Assembly (NCBI GenBank): GCA_964016885.1
Contig: OZ024741.1
Coordinates: 361,398,001 to 361,462,000 of the forward strand
Reading direction: 5' to 3'
DNA: 64,000 bases
From: Eledone cirrhosa
Taxonomy: Eukaryota
Notes under the pieces: model-generated
Seen by the model: only the letters and a program-made list of their open reading frames with translations
Database searches by the model: none
Told to the model about the DNA's origin: nothing
Shown here: one piece after another, positions 37,348 to 49,863 of the stretch
Layout: each line of letters begins with the position of its first letter
Position numbering within the stretch: position 1 is the stretch's first letter
Program-made: the position numbers and the translations under genes

Positions 37348-39894
37348 CTAATCTTGTGAGAAGCTGAAGTATTCACACACTGAAATGCTCCCAAACAGAA
37401 GACACAGTATTTGAAAAACAAGTCTTATATCTATTCCAACCCTACCCACAGTAAAATGTGTTTTTCCTGTATTGTTTATGGATATAGGCATAGGCATGGG
37501 TGGGTGGTTGGTTGGTTGGTTAAGGCATTCACTTTGCAACTACCTGCTTTCTAGTACACTTCTACTGCGGCACCTTTGGCAAGTGTCTACTATAGCCTCA
37601 AGTTGAAATTTGATAGACAGAAAATTGTGCGGAAGCCCAGTGTGTATGTGTGTGTCCTGTAACTTAGCAGTTCAACAAAAAGAGATCAATAAAATAAGTA
37701 ACAGACTTGAAAAAAAAAAAGTACTAGGGTTGATATGGCTGACTAAATCCCTTCAAGCATGGCTTAGCTTAATGAGTGAAACCAGGAAAAGAGCATATAC
37801 TGTCCATTTCGTACCACATCCATTTTAAACCCAGTTTATATGTAAACACTAGCCAGTTAAACAAATACATCTATAGAACTATTTCTGTTTGGCTAAGTTG
37901 AGAAATTTCAAGTTAACAAGATATAAAACAAACTTTCAGCAATCATATTCCAGTCATTATTTACATTGCTCAACACATTTGCACATTTGATGAAATTAGG
38001 TTTAACCCGTCTGAAACCAAGCTGCCCCTGGTTTTACATATGATACAAAGCCGTTTGTTTTAAATTGTTTATATTTATCTAAAAATCTTCCTTCACAAAG
38101 TTATGTAAGAACCCTTGTTTAGTTATATTCTTAACTAGATAAATAATTAAAAAAAAGTTAGTTATATTACTAAATCCCTCTAAATTCTTGATAATATTCA
38201 AAATTATGAAGTGTCTTTCATGAGAAATGTAGTAACAGAAGGGTTGAAACACTAGATCTAATTTGTATGAAAATTAATAGAAGAGTGTCTGTATTGTTTT
38301 GTTATTAATCAGCTCCCATGCAAAGGGTGAGTGTAGAAACTGATTATATATACAGGCGTGGTTATGTGGTTAAAAAGTTCACTTTGCAACCACATGGTTT
38401 CAGGTTGTCCCATTACATGGCACCTTGAACAAGTGTCTCCTACCATAGTGCCAGGTTGACTAATACCTTGTGAGTGAAATTTCAAAGAACTGCAAAGAAA
38501 CCTGCATGTGTTTGTGTTTGTGTGTTTTCAACAAAAACAGATCAATAAAATAAGTACCAGACTTGAAAAATTAAGTACAGATTACATATGATCAACTAAA
38601 TCCTTTCATGTCAGTGTCCCAGTATGGCCAAAATAATGACTGAAACTAGTAAAAGAATAAAAGCATTTGAAGAAAGTTTTATTGAGCAACTTGAGATAAA
38701 TGTTGCTGAAGATTCTGTGATATTTTGGACTGTCTTAGAAATAGGGAAAGTTAGGTATCAAATTGTGAAAAATGGGAAATGAAAAAATACTGAAGATGAG
38801 TGTTTGTTTGTCAGCTGGAGAAAATCAATTAATTATTTTAGACACACAGTATCATAATATAACTGCAACAAGTAAAATGGTTTGCACCATGTGTAATGTT
38901 TAAACATATATATATAAATATATGACATGTTGACCATGTGTTTACACCTGGAAAGTTCTCCAAGGTGCAAGCTTGGGCAAGGTGTTTTGAGGAAGACCAC
39001 CAGTCACTCTTCACCAAGCTTCTGATTTTGTACATGGGAAAGGCAAAGATCAATACAGCTTTGGACCACCATAATCAGATCCGAAGGTCAAACTCCACAC
39101 CTCACAATTGTGAGCCAAACTCCTTAATCAATAAGTCACTTGCCTTTAACACGGTATTTTTATTTATCTAAAAATCTTTCATCACAATTTTGTCGAAGAA
39201 TATTTGCAAAATTATGTTCAAAAACATAATATCAATAATGAGAAAGTTAGTTATATTACTAAATCCCTCCAAATTCTTGACTATTTAAAAAATTATTTGA
39301 ATATCATAGACTGCCTTTCATTAGAAATATGGTAATGAAAAGGTTAAAACATTCATAGTTAGAAAAATAAATATTAGCATTAACCATTTTCTTAGCTTAT
39401 AAAATATTTTGTTATAGAAGTATGTAAGCTAATAAGAGTAAATATGTATGTAAGCTAATAAGAGTAAAACCAAGTAAAAGAAACAAGCAACTAGTGGGAA
39501 ACAAAAATAAATGTAGTGTATATTTTCATGTACCATGTAAATTTAAAGATAATTAAAAATCTAGGTCTAGTTAAAAATTGTGAAAATGTAAATTGATTAA
39601 ATACAAACATTAAGCAAAAAAAATTCTTTATACTGAATAAAAATGTAATTTCATTAAAGATCTCACAATGAGGTAGTTTTGGTTGACCTAATTAAATTAA
39701 AACTGAAATAATAAACATAGCCATCAGATTCTGATTAAGAAGTTTGTTTCACAACTAAGGGTTGCTGGTGCAATATTTCATAGAAACTAGAACTGACAAA
39801 TAACATGAGTGAAATTTGGTAGAATGAAACTGAAAAACCATTGTGTATGCATGAGTATACATATATATATATATATATAATGCAAGCAAAGGGT

Positions 39895-40775
39895 ACACAA
39901 AAGATATAGTGGGATCTCAGGTTGATTAGTTAAGAAAGCAGGTTTTACTTGTGGCTGTTGTACAAGAGTAAGTAACAAACACTCACAGGAAATAAGTGTT
40001 ATTAAATTCTTGGAAGATTATGTAGAAGCGGTTAACAGCTTCTGTTACCTGGATGACCAAATTAGCAGTGGAGGTGGGTGTGCCAAAAGTACAGTAGCCA
40101 GAGTGTGTACGGGATGGAAAAAGTTCAAAGTGCTACTACCACTGCTAGCTACAAAAGGTTTATCCCTCAAAATAAAAAAATTTGTATGATGCGTGTATAT
40201 AAACAGCAATGTTCAATCGTAGTGAGACCTGGGCACCGTGTACAGAGGACCTGTGAATGTTGGAAAGAAACGAAGCTGACATGCTTCGATGGATGTGTAA
40301 TAGTAATAGAGGTGAACAGCAAAGCATAAACGAACTAAGACAGAAACTGGGCATAAGAGGAATCAGATGCAGTGTGCAGGAGAGGATATTGCGTTGGTAT
40401 GGACATGTGATGCATATGAAGGATGACAGCTGTATAAAAAGGTGCAGGGCATTCAAAGTTGATGGAAGCTATGAAGTAGGAAGACTTGGGATGATGTGAT
40501 AAAAGCTGACCTTGCACAATTACAGCTCTCAAAGGATCAAAACCTCTGGCATTATGCAGCAATACAGAAAACTGGACTTCCCATGTGCATGTTCAAGCAT
40601 ATACCCTAGATTTACCTCTCCAATCCCCATGCACCTCCCCAGTCAACAAAAAGCACCCAGTCCACGTGGATGCTGTTAGGACGGGCACCCAGTCATAGAA
40701 ATCAAGCCAAAATCAGTTCTGTATGAGCAAGTTACAGTCTAACCCATGCTACCATGGAAAAATAGATGTTAATTG
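39895..40775 (+). mobile_element. Decayed RTE-clade LINE fragment
   Basis: Similar to 2900-3960; LERNEADMLRWMC...LRWYGHVMHM. Confidence 0.85.
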
Positions 40776-43224
40776 ATAATATATATCAGCTTAGAGTAAA
40801 TAAAAACAATATTTCCGACAAGAATAACCTCCTGTAATATTGCCTGACCAAGTTATCTCCCTTTACACCAAAAGGTGGTTTGTCTTCTTATTCTAACAAG
40901 TTCTACATAATCAATGAATATACATAAATGTAAGTATGCACAATAAAATTCTAATTTTAATGAATATACACATATATACATACATACAAACATTTTAGAG
41001 TCATTATCCCTAATAAAGCTGGGGTCAGCTTTGCATGGCACATGACATGTCCTGCACATCAATGTTTCGTTTTTTGTAAAGTAATGTTTGCAACCAGTCA
41101 CCCTTCCTGTTACCAAACCTTTTAGTTACCTCATATGCCACAGAAAGATACTGTACTTATTATAAACTGGATACACACAGTATAAAAACCCATGCCACCA
41201 TGGAAAGATGGGCACTTCACTGCAGATTACTATTTCACTAGCTCACTCCCCCTTCCTTGTCCAACCATGCCAGCATGGACAGATGCACCCCATAAAATGT
41301 ACTGCCAAACGTTGCTCTTTAAGGTCACACCTCCCTCTCTCACCCCTATACAATGGGCTACAAGTTTCCACCTCCCAAAGATACAGTAAATTTAATAAGG
41401 AGGAAATAAAAGTGGAAAATGTTGGCCAACAAGGAAGACTAACTATCAGAAAGTATCCCACATTAAAAAAAAACAAAAAAACGATTAAATACTTAAATTT
41501 ATATTACACTTTAAAATTAAGGCATTGAGGAAAGCTATGAAAATCAAAACTGCTAGTTCCATTTATCCTTTTGATACCAACCCAGCTCTGATTCAATGAA
41601 ACAAAACTAATCCTTTTTAAAGGGTTTCTATTTAAATTAAAATCTAACATAATTTATATAAGGACCATGTTAATATCTTAGTAATGAAATAATAATTTTA
41701 GTAAATTTCTCAAAATTCTTCCTTAATTAATTGAAATAGAATGCATTTCATTAAAAGTATGGTCACAAAACAGCTAAAAGTCTAAACTTTCTATTTTATT
41801 TTTAAATTATGGCTTTGAGAAAAATCATGAAAAATTAAAATTTGCATTGTTCTTCCATGTCTAAGAAAATCATTATACCCAAAGAAAAATAATTTTGTTT
41901 TTAAAGTGTATTTAACATCTAAACCAGATTATGTTTAATTATTAAATCTCCAGATATAACAAAAAAAACACACACACACACACAAAGAAATGCAATAAAA
42001 CTTGACTGTCATCAATCTCCATTCTCTGCCCACTAAAAACCAATTTAAAGAACTAATGGATTTTATTGACAGATAGTAATGAAAGCAATGCAAAGATTTT
42101 ATCATTTATTTGGATTATGTGGTTAGATTGACCACAAGCTTTTTGGACAAATACAGATATGAACAACATGTAAAAATATTATCAATCCTCCTTACCGCCC
42201 ACCATGACCACATGGCAGGTATTCACAGTAGAAACTTTTATCGCTTTTATTTTTTATAATATATATATATTTTTTTTTTTAAACAATGTTTCTTAAATTT
42301 CATTTTGGGTTATTTTATTATTATTAATGGTTTTATTGATTTCTGGGGTTTTTGTTGTTTTTCATTTTTTTTTTTTAAATTTCTCTCAAATTTATAAATG
42401 AAGAAGATGAAACATCCACACAAAGATCTGTGTTGCCAACTATTTGTGCTGGAAAACTGGTCAGTTGGAACTGCATTGTACAACATTGAAACAACTGACC
42501 AACAAGCCAGATACTCTCAAATCACACTTGTACTTAGCTCGTTGGTGAGTAAAAAGCTGGTCTGACACCAAAAACTAACTGAATTATGCAATCATCATAT
42601 ATGCGTTTTAGGCCGTTCCACAAAATCAGTGCTGATAACTGAGGTAATTTGTACAATATTAGAGCTTGTTACAACACTGACAAACAGGATTATGTGACCC
42701 TGAGGAAGTACAAAATAAATAATTTATAAATAATTGCATAAAGTTTTTCATGAATTTATGGGATTCTGTGGTATCTTGCTAGTTCAAGATTGATGGTGTG
42801 CACACTATATATATAAATATATAAGTATGTAGGTAATAACATATGCCATCATATATACACATATATGTTGTGTGTGTGTATGTGTGTGTATATATACAGA
42901 TACATATATGTGTACAGATATGTACTGTTGAATCAAGAGGGGAAAATGATATACAATATGAAGTACGTTATTCAAGAGAGAGAGAGAGAGAGAGTGAGAG
43001 TGAAAGAGGAGCAATAAAATAGGTGTTTCTATATATGTATATTTAACGAGAGGAGAGAGAGAGAGAGAGAGAGGGGATGAAAAGGAAAACTGGAATACCG
43101 TAGTTCATATCTCCACTAGAACTGAATGAATAGGTTAAGTGACATATCAAAATGAAGTGAGTGGTGGGTTCAACCCAGTGGAGCTATCTAATGAAGATTA
43201 TTGGTGGCTAATGTAGTTCTAAGA

Positions 43225-43351
43225 TTAGTCTCTTCCTCCAGCAGCAGGCATCTGAGCTGGTACCACTGTGCTGACAGGCTGTTTTCCTGACATGGGGCGA
43301 ATTAAAGGAGGTGGCGGTTGCTGTAATATGGTCTTCGGTTGAGGAAGCAAC
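43225..43351 (-). CDS. RCOR: RCOR terminal coding exon (127 bp)
   Basis: tttttag|G TTG ... GAC TAA; [41 protein letters not shown]; PPPLIRP resembles RCOR C-terminal Pro-rich tails. Confidence 0.87.
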
Positions 43352-46300
43352 CTAAAAAGTAAAGAAAAGACATTGATGAAACTGAACGAAATAGGGGTAC
43401 ACAAAACAGATAAACAGAACCAGACACTTCAACAAGCAGACATAATATAACCCCGTAATTCACTAATCTTCACACCTGACTAAAATTTGTCACCTGCTGA
43501 TAGGAATAGCAGAATATTCAAATAGGACATGATCAAGTCATGATTTAATAATTGAATTATATAATCCCTTTGACACCAAATGGCCTGAAACTGCCCCTGG
43601 TTCTCTATTAAGCTATTTACTTTAAAGTGCTTACATTTATCTAAAATCGTTCCATCATAAATTTGTGAGAACCTTTGTTGAGTTATGTTCCAAACACCAG
43701 CTTCAGAAAGTTAGTTATATTACTAAACCCCTGAAAATATGCTAACGAAAGAATTAATATAACAAAATGGTATTTCATTAAAATATCAAAACTACAAACC
43801 AACAACAAATTTCTCAATCTATCACCCCAAAACTGAGTTTAACTCTTGAGACCAAGAGAGTTTGTATGCTTCAACAGCTTTAGTTACTATGAGGAATAAA
43901 CCTCACAAAAATTAAACTTATTGGCACCTATTAATTCTTCATGAAAATTACTGACAGAGACTCTTACAAGTTTCCTTGAATATTGAATTTTACCTTTTAG
44001 AGATTAATTTGCATGAGATAGCCCATGGCTCTATGATACAAAAGCTCTTATTTGAAAATGATCATGTATAAAATTAAAACTTTTCATTATAAGTACCTTT
44101 CCTTAATTTATGTTACAAACTCCAGTTTAATAACAAAAAAGTTATTTTTGACATTTCCAACATTAATGGAAACAGGCTTATTTCATTAGCCAAAAAATGG
44201 GTGAAAAAGCAAGAAAACTGGAAGACTAAATTTAACTTTTAACAGAAAATATCTAAAAACAGATTTGTTAATTGAAATACTTATAGTAGTTTTACTAGTG
44301 GACAGACATTATGAACTTTCAAAGTAAACTAAAGACTTTAATTTCTAAATTGATGCAGCCATAGTGTTGTTTTGTACTTTTCAAGAATGTCTTGTTTATA
44401 TAGTTTCATGTGGTACATACAAGACATCAGGGGTTAGAATTTAGGTTAGTGAAAGAGTAGTTTAAAGTAAGGTTTCAATAAATTCTGTTTGATTTATCTG
44501 ACTAAAACAGACATTAGCATGAAATTTAATGTCCTTCAAAGGCAGCAGATAAATGAATCCTTATTTTTATCAAAAACAATTTCTGAGTCTAAAACAAATG
44601 AATGAGTTTAACTGAAGTTAACCCTTGCCAATAATGAAGCATTCAGACAACCGTACTTATTACAAAGACAACATTAAATTTTACAAGCCCACGAGGCAGA
44701 CAAGACATTTTTCTGAGTGAGAAAAACCGTTTTGAAATGTACCTGTACCTCGGGTGTTGAGATGCTTGGGAATTATTCCCCTTCGTGATAGGCACTTGCG
44801 GCTGCTTGAGCAAGGGAGGGGGAGCCGGTGTGCCAGCAGCCGTTGGGGTAGCATTATTCCCACTACCAGAAGCTGGCAGATTACCTGCTGACTCCTGATT
44901 TATAGGTGGTGGAGATGAAGATGCTGCAGCACCATCAGCTGAAGATTTACCATCAACATCCATCTGAAGAAAAAAGTGAATTTCAAAAAGTGAATTTCTT
45001 GCAAGAAAAAAAAAAAAGTATAAATTATTAAAATGTAAAAATTCTACTTAGATACTTCATCTGATTGTCGTGTTATCTGAACGGAAATTTCATCTAATTC
45101 GGAAGAGAAAAATATTAAAATGGCGGTAACAGCTGAATGTTTCGAATAGCCATACAACATTGTTACAGTGGAAATTATACACAAATAAATGGTTGCATTT
45201 GAATTAATCCTTTGTGGAAAAAAAAACTTTTTACATTTTGGTGTCAAAAACTCTCAAAGGTTTCAATACGTCAATTCTATAAATTTCAACAAAGAATTGA
45301 ACACATACAGAAAAGTGAAATAATTATGAATGACAAGGCTGACAAGGCCTATTTGAAAGTGGAGTAAATTATGTAAACATGTGAAAGAATAGGATGACTG
45401 TGGCATTGGTTTTGGTTGAGTATTTGATCTTTTGATCAACTGAACGTCCAACTTGTGAAAGTGATTCAATATTTCAAACACATATATCCTTAATGTTGTA
45501 TGACAAAATTGGACCTTTGAATTACAAGTACAATCCATCTCGCAGGCTTCAACAGTTTCCACCTACCCAGTTTTACTCACAAAGCTTGCCCTAAATGCCA
45601 TGCAGTGGGCTTGAACTTGGGATTGTGAAGCAAACTTTTTAACCACTCAGTCATACCTGCAACCACTAGCTTAACCCTTTAGTATTTAACCAGGCCATAT
45701 CTGGCCAGAATTCTATCACCTCTTTCTGTTGAAACCAGCTGTAACTGGCCACTCATACTGATGTTAAAGTATTGTTCTCAAAATAAATAACATCAAAACC
45801 CCATAGATTCAATATTATGTGAAAATACAATAGTAAATATAGAGTAATGTAAATGCTAAAGGGTTAATGCTAGAGCCAAAAGTAATTAGGTGTGAGAATG
45901 AGGAGGAAAACAGCTGCTGGATGTAGGTTGGTTGGGTTAAGTTAATTTCACTATCATCTTACTGCATGCCATCTCAAGTAGACCAAAGCCTAGCGAGTGA
46001 AATTGGATAGACAGAAACTGTATGGAAGCCTGTCAGATGAATTGTTCAAGATAAAGGTCTGACCATGACACATATTATGACATGTTGATTTGGCTTGGGA
46101 ATTGTATTAAGGGGACACATGTCAGTGGAATACTCCAGCCTTAACACATTGATTCACAAGATGGATATTCAGGTGATCAAACAACTGAATAGCTCATCAT
46201 AAAGTCCATTAGAAAGATGGAGTACCTTAATTATAAGTGGCAGTGAACAATTAACAATATCAGTACAAATATCAACTTCTAAAATATGATACTGGGATAA

Positions 46301-49300
46301 AGATTGCTAATTTCACTTCAACACAAAATTCATCTATTATGTGTGCGAATAGACTTTTATATGGAAAGATGAAATATTGTTAAAACTGTATAGTTATGTA
46401 GTTCAGAACCTTGCCCCAAAACCATGACAGCAGGTTTGAACTCACAGCACAACATCTTGGATAAGAGTGTTCAAGTATAACCTTAGCTTGACCAATGCTT
46501 GGCAGACATTAACTGTAGAAACCTGTCATATGTGTCCATACCTGTTTTATATTTTCAAAACAATGTTAACAGATCTCAAGGAATACTTAAATCTTGAAAA
46601 TAAAACAAATACCAAAAATGATACCTTGTCAATATCTTTCTTATCTTCTTCTTCCTCTTCATCTTCTTTAACTGAGTCCGTTCCATGTTCACTTTCATAC
46701 TCAGCCAAGACTTCATCTAAATTATACCTGCGTCTGTAATTTATAAAAAAGTTACGCACATGCGCTTCAAGTTTATTGCCAATCACTTCAGCAATAGCTT
46801 TGAAATCTTTTCCATAACGACGAACACCTGCAAAGAGACAAATACACATGATGCATCATTGCACATAATTCCCACAACTGACAACCAATTATATTTGGAA
46901 TTTAAAATGCTTTTTCTTTTATTTTTTTACTTTTGGTGAAAGCTACCACAATGCAAATCAAATAACTAAATAATAGTTGAATAAGTTAGATAACGAAACC
47001 CAGGAAACGTTTCTGTTCACCCCCCCCCCCCTTCTCCAGTGGTACGTTATCCAAGTATCATTTCAGCTATATGGTAGCCCCCCCCCCCAAAGCAAACATA
47101 TTTTCAGTTAAGAATACAGTGGGGGGGGGGGGGAATGATTAACTATAAAGTTGAATTTAGTCAGGCTTTCTAAAACTGAACTGACAATATTACACAAGAA
47201 ACTAAATTAAAGCAATGGTTCCCATCCTGGGATTTATGAGCTCAGTTCAAAATTTCAAGTAATTGGTTAAAAATGTATGTACATGCTATTCTTCTATAAG
47301 TATAACCATTTCTCTGATTGCTATCCTCGCCATATAATTATCTGGGAAGAAAGTATTTGTAATAGGGGAGGTCTGTTGAAAAATTCATTTACGTGAAAAT
47401 GTTGAAAACCAGTGAGCTAGAGCTACAAGCAACTTACCCTGCACTGCAAGCAATAGTTCATCATTAGTCCAACGAGAATTTATTCTCTGAGTTGTCTGGC
47501 AAGTTTGGAAAAAAATAAAATAAAAATAACATTAGAATAGGTAAATGCAACTAACTTAACATCCTATAGTGATTTAACAGAAAAAAATCTAAAACTGAGT
47601 TAGTAAATTTAAATGTATCTTGTGGACAGATCAATGTAAAACTGTGGCACTAAAGTTGACTTTAATTTTTAAAGTGATGCAATCAGACCGTTGAATACTT
47701 TTCAAGAATGTTTTAATAGTTTAATGTAGTAGAGGATGTTAAAAATTAAGACAGAGGTGAAATGCAAAGACATCTTGTTATTGAAACAGTTCACATTTGA
47801 GCATTATTACCAACCCACTACTGTAATATATTTGAGAAACATCTTGCTCAATAAATGAAAAACCTCTGCAAGTTAAGCTGGCCTTCTACAAAATCGCATC
47901 TCAAGTTTCTTAATGATAGGGGCCCCAGTCCTATCATGGAGATATGTCTACTAAAAGTCAGGTGTAACTGTTCAGAATTTAAAATGCTAATATAGGAAAG
48001 TCACAACCCATTTGAATTAGAGTTTGAATTACAGTTCATCCAACAGGCTTCCTAATAGCTTCCATTTACCTAAATTCACTTAAAAAACTTGGGTCAACTT
48101 GAGGCTTTTGTAAATGACACCAAGATGTTTCACAGAAGAATCAAACCAGGGATCTTATAACTGCAAAGAAAACTTAATTATTCAGTTATGGTGACTAATT
48201 ACTAGTACTCCACCCCCTTTTACACACATACAGACAGGCAGACAGACAGACAAAAATATAAAAATTAATTACTTCTGGTGGTCTCCACTCGTCTATTCCA
48301 GAACTTGTTTTGTGTTTCTGCATACTTATGATCTGTTTGTTGTTTTGAACCTAAATAGAGGAAATTATGCTGAGTAATAATTCACACTTCATTAGTGTAA
48401 TGTTATTGTCTAAAAAATTTCTTAAAGCTTTGTGAGGTTATAGTTTAAGATCTTGCAAGAGGAAATGAGAAGAAATAATTTCCCTAAATGTTTACCCTTA
48501 TAGAAAGTGGACATTAAATGCAGTTGTTGGGGATGATGTAAATAAATAACAAAGAAAACTATAGCAACAATACAAGAAAAATATAGAGAAATTAATTAAT
48601 TAATGAAGAGAGAACTAACATTTATTACTATCTAACTTGCAGCATGTCTTTTAGAGTCAATGGTGCATTAACGCCTTTGTTACCATATTTCTAATGAAAG
48701 ACACTGTTTTCAAAATTATTTGAAAATTATAGGCAATCATGAATTTGGATGGATTTAATAATATAACTTTCATATTATTAAGCTGGTGTTTGGAGAATAA
48801 CTTAGAAGTTCTTACATAAAATCGATGGAAAGGTTTTAGATTAATTATGAACACTTTAAAAATAAACAGCTTTATATTATGGTGGAGTCAGAGGATCGGA
48901 TATCAAAAGCATTAAGTTGATGTTTGGAGCGTAATATGTTTTTGCATAAAATTATGTGGGAAAGTTATATAAACAATGTGAAACAAACAACTTTTGTATT
49001 GTAAAACTAATGGTGGTTCCAGGTAGTTTGATATGAAAAGGGTCAAATGAAGGAAGTAAACTGCGAAAAAAAATTTTTAAATAACATATTTCCTGTAAAA
49101 AAAAAAGAAAAAAAAATATATCATCATCATTTCATTTCATTTAACGTCCACTTTTCCCTGCTTGCAAGGGTGAGACGGGAACTGATTTGGCTTGATTTCT
49201 ACAGCTGGATGCCCTTCCTAACACCAACCTCATTTACAGTGAGTGCTGGGTGCGCTTTTGCCGTGGCACCTCCACGACCACTTTGCAGTGGAATGATATG

Positions 49301-49829
49301 GACCCCAGTCCCTATCATCTCATTTCTACAGCTGAGTAAACTGGAGCAATGTGAAATAAAGTGTCTTGCTCAAGGAAACAACACATCACCCGGTCTGAGA
49401 ATTGAACTCACAACCTTTCGATTGCAAGGCCAATGCTCTAACCACTGAGCCATGTGCCTCCATCTATATATATAATCATCATCATCATCATCGTTTAACG
49501 TCCATCTTCCACGCTAGCATGGGTTTGGACGGGAATTTTCCCACTTGAGGCAAGATTGGTTGTCTTGCTCGTATAGGACTGTCTGGCGGGTTTTCTACGG
49601 CCGGATGCCCTTCCTAACACCAACCACGTTTACAGTGTGGACTGGGAGGTTTTTACCGTGTAACCTACACGGCCACATTACAGCGTGGACTGTGTTTTTT
49701 TTGTTGTGACACCTACACGACCTCATTTATTTAGGACTGGATGTTGTGGTACCAACATAACTTTACATCGAGAGGGGTGGTGTGGATGGGGTGGGGGTAG
49801 TGGGACGGGGGAGGGGGTATATTTTGGTA

Positions 49830-49863
<34 letters not shown>

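Noticed and set aside
42540-42565. miR-9*/miR-79 site in the RCOR 3' UTR
   Set aside because: Only a 6-mer AGCTTT match, expected by chance
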